Position numbers and translations under genes: made by a program. This document shows, piece after piece, positions 1 to 11,500 of a stretch of DNA of 48,672 nt. The notes under the pieces were generated by a model. It saw nothing but the letters and a program-made list of their open reading frames with translations. It was not told where the DNA came from and did no database searches. The stretch is from Chara braunii. Its lineage: Eukaryota; Plantae; Charophyceae. Location of the stretch: positions 1,184,910-1,233,581 of the forward strand of contig BFEA01000043.1 of assembly GCA_003427395.1 (NCBI GenBank), read 5' to 3'. Every line of letters begins with the position of its first letter. Positions within the stretch are counted from its first letter, which is position 1.

Positions 1-250
1 TGCATAGAGTATGTCCGCAGTTGTAAAGTGTGCCAGAGAAATAAGTCTACTACACGCGCGCCCTTAGGTCTTCTCAGGCCCTTGCCTATTCCGGATCAGN
101 CGGGAGACTCAGTGTCTATAGACTTCATGGACACGCAAGTCAAGAGTAGACATGGTAAGAGCCAAGTCATGGTCATAGTCGACCGTTTTAGTAAGTTTGC
201 AGTTTTTGTTCCCTTGCCTGCAGAGGCACGTACAGATTTAGTAATACAGA
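1..250 (+). mobile_element. Ty3/gypsy LTR retrotransposon integrase fragment (end of zinc finger and start of rve core), truncated
   Basis: Frame reads YVRSCKVCQRNK...GLLRPLPIP...VSIDF...VIVDRFSK, a typical gypsy CxxC plus integrase core start; similarity is lost after ~250. Confidence 0.85.
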
Positions 251-811
251 AGGTCGGCAAGTGGTCAAGTGGTGAGTCTAAGGTAGGCCCACGTTTTCAG
301 ACGAAGACAGGTGGCAAGGTCAACAGGTAGGACCTCAGTGCAACTGCACTGAGTCGACGGTACCACTGCCTACAGTCAGCAGAAGGGTCTAGAGAGTCCC
401 AGTCCAGTCCAGCAAGTACCACAGGGGGACTGTGAGCACCAAGGGCCGATGGCAAAGGGCAGACCAACGCATTTCTGAAGTATAAATCAAGAGGCAGCGC
501 CCAGCCATTCANTCATTCCTGCGTGAGCCATGCGGAAGCGCTGCCACAGCGACTTGTGCAAGGAGGTCTGCAGATGAGCCCGGAGGACGCAGTGGGCTAG
601 AGAGAGGGAGTCAGGGGAAGCACAAGGCAGCGCTAAGGGAAGGGCGAGGGGGGGAGGAGATAGGGGAAGGAGAAAGGAACTACCACCTATGCTTTCAGGA
701 TTGGACGAAGATCGACCCTCTATCCCTCTCCGGCCTCTCTCAGATTTCGTTGAATTCTTCCCACCTCCGCCCCTGGCTCTGGTGGACATGGAATGGTAAT
801 GGGGGCGACTA

Positions 812-916
812 CCGTCTTCACCCGAATAGAACGCCCGGTCATTATCGCCGCATCTGGACCGAAAGTTGTGCCACGTACAGTTATAATGACCGGGCATTCT
901 ATTCGGGTGAAGACGG
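812..916. mobile_element. Tc1/mariner(pogo)-type MITE, copy 1
   Basis: ~35-bp TIRs (ccgtcttcacccgaatagaacgcccggtcattat) flanked by TA at 810-811 and 917-918. Confidence 0.8.
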
Positions 917-1326
917 TAGGCATTGGAAGGAAGCCCCAGTCAGGTTGGAAGATGTTGGGGACATGGGGATCAAGTGTTCATCTGGCTACGTGTCATGTAC
1001 TTGCAGGAATGCCTATTCTGTAAAAAGGGACGCTGGCCCCGTTTTCCAGCAGGTGATGCTCTCCACCAATAGATGGAGCCTCCCCGACAGTATTAGTGCC
1101 TGCTCCTATCAGCACCCCTAGCAATCGTTTGGGTTGTTCTCAGTCAAACTACACAGCAAACGCGCAAGCTGCAAGAAAACAGGAGGCACACGGATGGATG
1201 GGCAGCGAGGCAATGACACAGCAAGGCATAAGGCAACGCCGACACAGCAGCCAAACTACACGGCAATCCGACAAGCTGCAAGGAAAGACACGGCAAGCGG
1301 ATTGGCTGCAAGGCAGCGAAGGAGCG

Positions 1327-1717
1327 CAGGAAGTCACTCCAACAAACGTCAGGAAGTCACTGTTGGCTTCCACCACCCTCGGAGCCAGGAAGTCACTGTT
1401 GGCTTCCACCACCCTCGGAGCCAGGAAGTCACTGTTGGCTTCCANNNNNNNNNNNNNNNNNNNNNNNNNNNNNNNNNNNNNNNNNNNNNNNNNNNNNNNN
1501 NNNNNNNNNNNNNNNNNNNNNNNNNNNNNNNNNNNNNNNNNNNNNNNNNNNNNNAGGAAGTCACTGTTGGCTTCCACCACCCTCGGAGCCAGGAAGTCAC
1601 TGTTGGCTTCCACCACCCTCGGAGCCAGGAAGTCACTGTTGGCTTCCACGAATAGAACACCACACACTGTTGGCTTCCACCACCCTCGGAGCCAGGAAGT
1701 CACTCCAACAAACGTCA
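1327..1717 (+). repeat. 36-bp minisatellite (aggaagtcactgttggcttccaccaccctcggagcc)n spanning a gap
   Basis: Identical units on both sides of the N run; bracketed by an identical 25-bp sequence at 1327-1351 and 1693-1717. Confidence 0.95.
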
Positions 1718-1727
1718 ATACATATGA

Positions 1728-1925
1728 TTGTGTGTGTACGTGCGTGCGTGTGTGCATGCCTGTGTGTGTGCCTGCATGCCTGTGTGCCTGCCTGCATGCA
1801 TGTGTGCCTGCGTGCGTGCCTGCATGCCGTGTGCCTGCATGTGTGTGTGCATGCCTACCTACTTGTGTGTGTGCATGTGTGCTTGTGTGTGTGTGTGCAT
1901 GCGTGCCTGTGTGTGTGTGTGTGTT
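1728..1925. repeat. degenerate (TG/TGCC/TGCA)n alternating purine-pyrimidine tract
   Basis: Direct reading. Confidence 0.9.
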
Positions 1926-2339
1926 TTAGATTTTCCCCACAACAGCCCCAATTCCACCCAGGTGAATAGATTCAGAATCAAATCAGTCTTTGTCCTATCG
2001 CAGACAACGAGAGCATTTGAGATGTCCAACATATTAAAGCAATTTTATAATTAGACAGTTTTTTGGTTGTCCTTGGGGTACCCCTTGCATTGTTCTTGCA
2101 GCTCCCCTTTTACTGTGCCTCTTACGCACAAGGCTGTGCACGTTGATTCTTTTTGAGCGGCAGCTGCCCACATCCCCGTGTGCCTTCGCAGCCCACTTGC
2201 ACGTTATTTCAGGAGGCAGAGTAAAAGGGAAGGTATGCTCCTGTGCATCTCTTCAGAGATTCATACTCCTGTTCATTTCACTTCAGATCTTCAGCTTTGT
2301 ATCCGTCCATCTTCATACTTCCGTTCATTTCATTTCTGA

Positions 2340-2398
<59 letters not shown>

Positions 2399-2745
2399 CA
2401 AAGAACCCCAAACTCTCTCCTCATTTCATCCACAAATCATCCACAAACCATCCATAAAACAAGGTATAGATTGGCGATATGATAGAAGATGCAAGGTTGG
2501 CCACGTTTGTGCGGTTAAGCGCTGAGTGCCCACACACCCGTCTGCCGCCGGAGCAGCACACTTGCACAAATATATATATCAATATATGTATACACACAGG
2601 CCTTCATCTATCTAAGTCCACTTGGGCTCAATACCTTGTAGTGTGAGGTTTGGGCTTCCGTGTATGTACATATTTGTTGCAGAAGAGCCCAACCTCACAC
2701 TACCGAACCCCATGCCTTCATATATCTGAAGTCCAGTTGGGCCTA

Positions 2746-2843
2746 CCGTCTTCACCCGAATAAAACGCCCGGTCATTATCGCTGCATCTGGACCGAATGT
2801 TGTGCGGCTATAATGACCGGGCGTTCTATTCGGGTGAAGACGG
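2746..2843. mobile_element. Tc1/mariner(pogo)-type MITE, copy 2
   Basis: Same TIRs and similar core as 812-916; TA at 2744-2745 and 2844-2845. Confidence 0.8.
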
Positions 2844-3061
2844 TAGGTGCATCAATGCACATCTATGAGCCACGAAGATGGGAGTAAACTAAGCGTTACG
2901 GGTTGGGCCTATCCCCTCAGGGTCGAACCTAACGCCTGACACTGAATGGAACGGACTACGCCCCTCTACCAACCAACCAGGGAGGGGGGGAGGGCAAGCT
3001 GACTATCTCAGCTAGTGAAACCGCAGCACGCCACAGGGGGCCATGGGAACCTGAATTGAAG

Positions 3062-3130
3062 ACTTGGGGAATTGAACCCACGACCTCCTGAATACAGCTT
3101 TGGTGCTCTGCCCACTGAGATAGGCCGGGC
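3062..3130 (-). mobile_element. tRNA-derived SINE head or tRNA pseudogene (family B)
   Basis: Minus strand gcccggcctatctcagtgggcagagc...ggtcgtgggttcaattcccc has A-box and B-box-like motifs; related copy at 46822-46878. Confidence 0.6.
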
Positions 3131-3156
3131 GTTCAGTTCTGTTGTTCTGCGTAGCC

Positions 3157-3410
3157 ACGCTTTCCTATTCTGATCATTTGGCAAACACGCTTTCCTATTC
3201 TGGTCAGTTGGCAAATACACTTTCCTATTCTGGTCAGTTGGGAAGCACGCTTTCCTATTCTGGTCAGTTGGGAAGCACGCTTTCCTATTCTGGTCAGTTG
3301 GGAAGCACGCTTTCNTGGGAAGCACGCTTTCCTATTCTGGTCAGTTGGGAAGCACGCTTTCCTATTCTGGTCAATTGGGAAGCACGCTTTCCTATTCTGG
3401 TCAGTTGGGA
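3157..3410 (+). repeat. 30-bp minisatellite (gcacgctttcctattctggtcagttgggaa)n, about 8 units
   Basis: Direct reading. Confidence 0.95.
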
Positions 3411-4298
3411 CAAGAAGTAGGAGCCGGCAATGATTTCAAAGACATTTGAGAAAGCCTGCTCTCCTATTCGGGCGAAACAATACAGCTGTCTGTTCTAATG
3501 AAGCGACCTATCGCCAAAGAGCCAGGACATCAATGCTGACAGCATTTGCATGAGCATTCCCCTCTGCTTAGATACCCTCACCTCCATAGCACAAACACTG
3601 GCACTGGGACAACTGTAGCAGAAACAATGTGTAAGAAGAGAGGACGTGAGGAGAGAGGAGCACATGAGGCAATAGGTAAGGAGATGAGTACACAAGAAAA
3701 TACAGAGATATGAACATATAAGGAGGGGCCAAGTGAAGATAATGATGCATCAATCATTGCCCTTCTCTGAGAGGATGGAAGGGTGGGTCATGACTACTTT
3801 GGCGGGGGGTATTCTTTTTTCGCCTTTTTCCCCCCCCTTTTTTTCTTCTACCACCATGCGTATAGCAAAAGGAGACAGAAACAAAGATCAAAGACCCAAG
3901 CTACTATCCAGCAGAAAAAAAGAAACAAAACTTACAAAAGAGAAACAAAAGAACAAAAAAAAAAAAACAAAAAAAAAACAAGAAAATGCAATGAAGAATC
4001 TGAGAAGATTAGCATGGCATCTACTCAGGGATGAGATACATAAATCCAGAAATGTTCCAAATACGACAAAACCACAAGAAAGAAAGAAAACGCAATGATC
4101 CTCAATTTCACACGGCTTCCGTCACTCTTAGTCCACCAAATTAATATGCACACGCAATGGCTCACACGTAGAGATGTAATATGCACACGCAATGGCTCAC
4201 ACGTAGAGATGTACTTCACACAGGCTGAACACACTGCAGGGTTACACCACCAGTACATGCGAAAAAGGAGATTGCACCTCTCCTAAAAACTAGGAGGC

Positions 4299-4657
4299 TG
4301 GACCCGGTCTCCAGTCTAGCCTAATCTGGCTAATGGCCCCAGCATACCGGGTTGAGATGTGGAGGGATTCCTGGCCTCCTCTGGTTTTGATTTCAGTGGT
4401 AGTTTTAATGCTGAAAAAAAAAAAAAAAAAAAAAAAAAAAGGCCTATTTTAACTTCAGAAAAAAAAACAAAAAAAAACAAAAAAAAACTTGCAGGCCATT
4501 TCGGACCTCCACACCAGAAGGGGGAGGAGCGTGAGCGTGTTCTCAACGACTTGCCGTTGGACTATGAACCAGACTGATGCTCCCCAGAATGGACAAGGAG
4601 CCGGAACCATAAGGTTCCGTCTTTTTGTGAAAAAAAAAAAAAAAAAAAAAAAAAAAA
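4299..4657 (+). mobile_element. 5'-truncated LINE 3' end with two further poly(A)-tailed segments (3' transductions)
   Basis: Direct repeat aaaaactaggaggc at 4285-4298 and 4653-4666; 4316-4413 resembles the L1 3' terminus at 42545-42641; three A tracts. Confidence 0.7.
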
Positions 4658-4878
4658 CTAGGAGGCCATGCACCGGCAATTCATTTTATCGACAGTCCAT
4701 GGCCTCCGAATTTAAGGAGAGCCTCAATCTGCTTCTCCGGATATATTGGTGCTTTAACTCAAAAGTTTTCGATGCATCAAGTTGTACATACGTGTCCAGG
4801 CAGCTATGGCAGCCAGCAGGCAACACGCACCTGTCTCTCTCCCTCAACCTAACGTACACACACATACACACACAGAGG

Positions 4879-4917
<39 letters not shown>

Positions 4918-5100
4918 NNNNNNNNNNNNNNNNNNNNNNNNNNNNNNNNNNNNNNNNNNNNNNNNNNNNNNNNNNNNNNNNNNNNNNNNNNNNNNNNNNN
5001 NNNNNNNNNNNNNNNNNNNNNNNNNNNNNNNNNNNNNNNNNNNNNNNNNNNNNNNNNNNNNNNNNNNNNNNNNNNNNNNNNNNNNNNNNNNNNNNNNNNN

Positions 5101-5192
<92 letters not shown>

Positions 5193-7970
5193 CGCCCGGC
5201 GCCATGGACTATCCCTACGCTACATGCCTTGTGTGCAACATTACAGGACAGTAGCAGCACTTCCACAGACTGCACGAAGGAAATTGTGCTGATGATCTGC
5301 ATCAGCCGGCCTTATGTACCTGATGCAGTACCCAAATCTGGATTTTTCCCGACCGGTACCCAAGCGGCCATCGGCCATCTGTTTCCCATGCATCTATATG
5401 TTTCATGGACTCTACTCCAGCACTGAGCTGGGTGTTGGCCTCTGACAGATACCAAGTTATCAACACATTACAGTCTAGGGCCTTACGCGACCAACTGGAT
5501 TTATCTACAGGGCCTACCGGAGCAATCCTATCAGTGGGTCTACATTATATGGGACTCTGGGAATGGGAATTTGGCACTGGGACTCTGAGAATGCATCCTT
5601 TCAGAAAAAGAAAGGAGACAGGAAATGCTATCAGAAGAGGTCTTTGGCAGCTGATTGGAGGAGGGGGGGGTGGGGAAAGAAACAAAAAGAAAAAAGGAAG
5701 AGAACAATTAATTACAGGAAACAGTAAGCGGATTCTCCTGATGATAAAGTCACAATCCACTACCTGCCAGCATGCTCATCATCAAAGCGTAATGCAAAGG
5801 CGAGACAACTGCCATAGCAAACACTTACTAACCCACTGCTCATGAGAGGGTTCATTGGATTTCCCCAGCATCAAATAAATGACACAAAATGTGGTCCCCA
5901 CAAGTATCGCAACATGAAATCACGCTAAGTGCCTTTGCACTGTTTGCAGGCACTTGCAAGAGACGGCTTTCGTCAAACTAAAAATGAAACCACAGCCTCA
6001 ATGTTACATGATTAGAAAGTTATAAACGCATGCGATGGGCCTCATTAGAAAGTTATAAACACATGCGATGGGCCTCGTGCCTACTCTCCAAAGATGAGCA
6101 ACATGAGACTGAGTCTTGTGCTAGAACAATGGAAAGATTCACCACCACATTTTTTTGTGGAGAGTACTGGAGCCAGGCCTTGCATTTCCATGGTAGAGTC
6201 ACACACAAACTGCACCTGTTGAACTGAAATTCTTCAGTAATGCAAACTGTGGCTAACGGAAGAATTTTCAGACCACCAGCAGTTGTAAAATTCAAAAATA
6301 TAAATAATACACACATCCATGATCACTAATTCATAAATAGTAAATACTGAATAGAAAATAGTCAAATAGACTGAAATAGTCAAATAGTTGACAAATACTA
6401 TATTTTTATTACTTCTATTATGCTGCAATTTTTTGCCATAATTTTCGACAATATAAAACTGCGCATCCCAAATATGCCATACCCAATGTACCATAATATT
6501 GGCACAAATGATTAAATTACTAGAAATCAATCTTTTTATTGAAGTTCAATCGGCTGAATTTAGCCTGGACAATGACACAGACCATCGTGGATTCTGCAAC
6601 AAGTCTGGTTCACGCCTGTCCACTCAATCTCCCTGTATCCATTTTGCGCATTGTCGATCAATGAAACACATGCAAACTGCAGCCTTCCATCCATCTGAAG
6701 TCCAGAACGACTTCCACAATATCCTATCCGCTAAGTACCATGACCTGTCACAACCCCACCCTCCTTACTTTTGTCTTTTTCTCCTCCTCCCTCCTCCCTC
6801 CTCCCTCCTCCCCCAACATCGCTGAACACAGCTATGGAACCTTATCACAGTGCCGTCTATCAAGTCTGTTTGCAGCCTCTGGTCAGTAGCTACCATCTTT
6901 GCCCCGACAGTGTTGGACTGAAAACATTGCTTGTCTATGTTCATGATGATGGTGTGCCGGTGGCATTTGCTTCAAGAATTATCACTCTCTCTCCTTGTCT
7001 NNNNNNNNNNNNNNNNNNNNNNNNNNNNNNNNNNNNNNNNNNNNNNNNNNNNNNNNNNNNNNNNNNNNNNNNNNNNNNNNNNNNNNNNNNNNNNNNNNNN
7101 NNNNNNNNNNNNNNTCATTCCTCTGCTTTCGTGAGCTCATGTTGCCGTTTGACTTGATGTTACATGTTCTTTTGTTTACTCCTCGTTATAGCCTCTCCTC
7201 CATGATCCTGGCTATTCGGCTATTCGGCTATCCGTAGCCATCATGGTTCTGACTATTTGGCTACCCATAGCCATCAAGATCCCGGCTATTAGGCTATATC
7301 CATGGCCATCCCTCTTGGAACTGGAGAACCAGCCATCAACTATGTGTCCCGATATCCCTCCTCCTAATATCTCCTATAGCATTCTATTCTTCTGGACCTC
7401 CGCTGATCCCGGCTATTAACTGGAAAACCAGCCATCGACTATGTGTCCCGCCATCCCTCCTCCTCCTAATAGCTCCTATAGCATTCTGTTCCTCTGGACC
7501 TCCGCTGAATAGCCATTTTGCCCAAATAGCTCGTTTGCCAAATAGTCGGTTTGCCAAATAGCAGGTTTGCCAAATAGCCGACGACTATGATGCTGGATGC
7601 TGCATGCCTCACTGTTACTCCTGTGATGAAAAGCACCACTCTGCACCATAGATGCTTCACTCATTGCTGAGCGGGGCCGCAGCCATAGCCCTGCTGCGTC
7701 ACCCGAGATAGCCCCGCATAGCCTGGCATTTTCCATACAATCACCCTCTCTCAGCCCCCTGCTGTTCTCTAAATACCACACTATCTTATTCGTCATTCCC
7801 CCCTCTTTAACCCCATAGCCCCACTGTCTTTTCTATTCCCTCCACAATCTGGCTTATTCGCCCCTACCGACATATCATCCTAATGCCATTATTGAAAGAA
7901 ATAAATTAAAAATTAAAAAATCCTCACGCCATTGTTCTTTTTCGTTTTCCTCTTTGTCCTCTGCCCCCAT

Positions 7971-8520
7971 TCAACGTGACCAGGGAGAGCCCACTTTCCC
8001 TGTTGTGGAATTATTGCCTGTCGTTGTGTGCCGCCATAGAGCAGCGTTCCTTCTGGCGAGCACTGCAGCCTCATGCCACAGCCATTCTGCTTGGTGCTGC
8101 AGCGTGAGGTAGCCTGACCGCCGAATATATCGATAAGTGATCGATGGCATGCAAACCCACGATCCTCCAGGAGCTTTCCGCGGGCCCGCAAGACGCACAC
8201 AGTCCCACACATCGTTCCCATTATGGATCATTAGCACCTGCCTGGGCCCAGGTACCCTTCCTGTTCTGGCTCCATTTCCAAGTACAAGACCAGGTATAGC
8301 CCTTAAACCCAGAGAAGGACCAGATACGTTCGCAGCTCCCGATGCAGGGATGGCCTTAGGGCATCCTAGATGAACACGGTCACGAGCAAGTCCCGAGGAT
8401 TCCAGTCCCAGTAGAGGCCCACACCCCTGTCCTGCCTCAGCATATCCACCATCTCCTGCTCCACCCTGGACCCCGCTCCTGGCCCTGGGCCCAACCCCAG
8501 CCCCAGCCCCAGCCCCCACC
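7971..8520 (-). CDS. probable frameshifted C-terminal continuation of the 2708-aa ORF
   Basis: Frame of ORF 9164-7971 switches at ~8520 to G/P/A-rich sequence like the big ORF's C-terminus, while the big ORF degenerates to GWGWGW and stops. Confidence 0.5.
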
Positions 8521-11500
8521 CACTGGTGAATGCCCCCCTCTTTCAAGACCATGATTCCTGCCAACAGGTCCTGACATAGGTCCATTAGTGGCCCCTTGAA
8601 CAGGGCCAGACGCAGGCCCTGATGCAAATAAAGATCCTTCTTTTGACCCTTGAACCAAAAGATTATGTCCGAGTCTTGGTCCGGAGCCTGGCCCTTGCCC
8701 ATAAATATGGCAGAGGCGGAACCTAACTTCAGACCCAGGTTTAGGCACTTGCTCTTGACCTGCGAGAGTGTGCCCACCGGTGTGTTCCTGTGAGGAAACT
8801 TGTGCAACTGCTGATCCCGGTTTGGGCTGATGTCGTGGAGGGATACGTCCGAGTCCCCACCTGTTCTCAAGCGAGGCCACCGATCCAACATATCCAGATC
8901 CCAGTTCAAGGCCATGTTTGGCAAGAAGCCCATGTCCAGATACAGGTGCAGGCATTTGTCCCAATCCAAGCGTAGGCCCCTGCCCAGACATGTGCACAGG
9001 CAGAGTTGCTGATCCCCGCCCCGATACAGGTGCGGGAATGGTATGCTGGCCCAAAACGCGTCCACATGCAGGTTGCTGTCCACTCCTGGGTCCGGAAACT
9101 GGTGGTTCAGGTCTCTGTACCAAGCCATTTCCAGAAAAGAGTCCAGATGCGGGTTGCTGTCCACTCCTAGGTTCAGAAACTGGTGCTATTGTTGGCTTCG
9201 ACTCTATTCCCAAGCTGCCAAATGTTGACATCAACTGCCTCCTAACAATCCTCTTGTCTGTCAGTTTTCCTAAGGTGGAGGCTATCCCGATCAGGCCTTC
9301 AAAAGATTCTCGGACATGTTGGTCCCGCCTCTGACTAGACCCACCTTGATCAATGGCTGACGGCGCAGGCCCATTCCCACGGACCAATTTCTCCGCTTTC
9401 TCATCCCCCTTCTGCTTCAGCGCAGCAAGCTTCACCGACACCCCTTCCTGGCCTTGCAGAGGTCTTATTCCCAAACCCCCGTCCACCCGTCTGTGCTTTT
9501 CTGGAGGCCGAAAACCAAGACAACCACCGAACGGACTTGATGAACCTCTTGAAGATGATGCGGTGTCTGAGCACACTGCTGGTGCCATAGACGACCGAGA
9601 CTTGGAGGCGGCAACATCTCTACCTCCGTTCTCCTTCCTCTCGCTCCCCGGAGTCCCATCTGAAGGGTTTGGTATATCTTTCACCTCATTTCCATTGTGG
9701 TCAACAGATTTGACTTCGGTGTTGACGGCAGCTCTATCTGATGACAGGACACCATCTTCATCCACTTTTCGATGTGGACAGATCTCATAAATGACCACAA
9801 TCTCTGGCATCGCACCCCTTCGTGGTATCTCAACATATCCTCTCCACGGCTTTCGTTTCACCTCCTGATGATCTCCGTCATCCCCCAGAGTTCGTTCCTT
9901 GCTTGCAAATACCAGACCGTGTTCAGCAACTGGATCCGACATGGGAACACTCTGAGAGGCTTCAGTAGAAATTCCTCCATCCATAGCTTGCTCCATTAAA
10001 GACTTCTCCATTCCATTTCCTTCCTTGCTAGCAAATACCAGACCGTGTTCAGCAACCGGATCCGACATGGGAACACTCCGGGAGGCTTCAGTAGAAATTC
10101 CTCCATCCATAGCTTGCTCCATTAAAGACTTCTCCATTCCATCCACACACCTTCTGCTGATGAGCTCTTCAAGCAGAAGACATCCATTCACCGAGTCCCG
10201 AGTGACATCGGGATGCTCTCCCTCCGGAGTCTCGACCGCCTGCTCCTGATGAGAAAGCTGCCCATCATTCTCAAGTCGCTTGCAGCTTCCAGGCCCATCC
10301 GCATCATATGTAAGCTGCTTGCAACTTCCATCCCCATCCACTACTGCTACTTCTCCTCCTCCTCCTCCTCCTCCTCCTCCTCCGCCTCCGCCACCGCTGC
10401 CGCTGCCACCGCCACCTCCTCCTACTACTACTCCTTCACCCGAACCAGGTCCAAAACTGGATTCCTTCTCATTGATGTGGGCCTTCAAATCTGCCCATGC
10501 ATCTGGAGAAGCAACAGCCTCATCTTTCCTCTTAGCGGAAATCACTGCATCCATGTCCCTCTCATCTTCCCTCTGATCTTTCCCTCCACAAGTTAGAGAT
10601 TGCAAGTCCGCATTAAGTTCTTCCCCTACACCAGCACAGACACCAACTGGACCTAAAGGTATGACTGCTGAACCAGGTGTGGACTCCAACTCCGTCTCAT
10701 CTTTCCTGTTTGTGGAAATCACTTGGTCCATGTCCCTCTCTGACCACTCATCTTTCCCTCTGTAAGTTAAAGGTTCCAGATCCTCGTTAAGACCTTCCAC
10801 TAAACCAGCGCGGACACTAACTTCAGCTCCAGGTATGACCGCTGAACCAGGTGCGGAATCTGATTCCTTCTCGTCTTCACTTGAACCACCCTCAACCACA
10901 GCTCCATCCTTCTGGAGTGGATTTCGATTGTCATAGCCGCTGCCACCTCCTCCCATAACTGCACATGCAACTGCCGCCGTGGCTGAGACGACAGCTAACA
11001 CACTTGATATGGCAACTTCCGGGATTCGTTGCTGCTGTTCATTTCCATCTGATGCTCTCACAAGCTCATCGACAGCTTCCGAGTTGTCCTCCTGTGGATG
11101 ATTACCCCCTCCCTCCTCCCCCTCCCCTTGCGCCTTCCCCAGATCACCCTTCATCTTCACACGCATGCAACCGTCCTCCTCCTGCAGACACCCCACCACT
11201 CTCTCTCCCACAATTTGTGCCACCTCCTCCAATCTCTGCGTCACATCCTTCATATCTGTTTGCTGGATGAACAGCTCGGCATCCTCAACACCCCGGGTCT
11301 TTCTCTCCCAATTCTCTCCCTCCATGTCCTCTCTCTTGAACTGTAGGTCATCCTTAATGCTGTCCCGTGTGACTTCCTCCATCCCTTGCCAGCATCCCAC
11401 CCTCTCCTTACGAACTCCATGTTTCCTCTGGACATCATTGGCCTCTCTCTCACAACTCCCTCTCCCCCTGTCCTCTTGCTTCAGCTGTAGGTAATCCTTA

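Noticed and set aside
1327-1717. 36-bp repeat as a CRISPR array (also the 30-bp and 40-bp arrays)
   Set aside because: Units are head-to-tail with no unique spacers, there are no cas genes, and the context is eukaryotic.
3062-3130. Functional tRNA gene
   Set aside because: The acceptor and anticodon stems do not pair; it is better explained as a SINE head or pseudogene.
6900-7000. PVAFASR, resembling a gypsy RNase H motif
   Set aside because: Only a short match next to a gap, with no upstream TDAS motif; not supportable.
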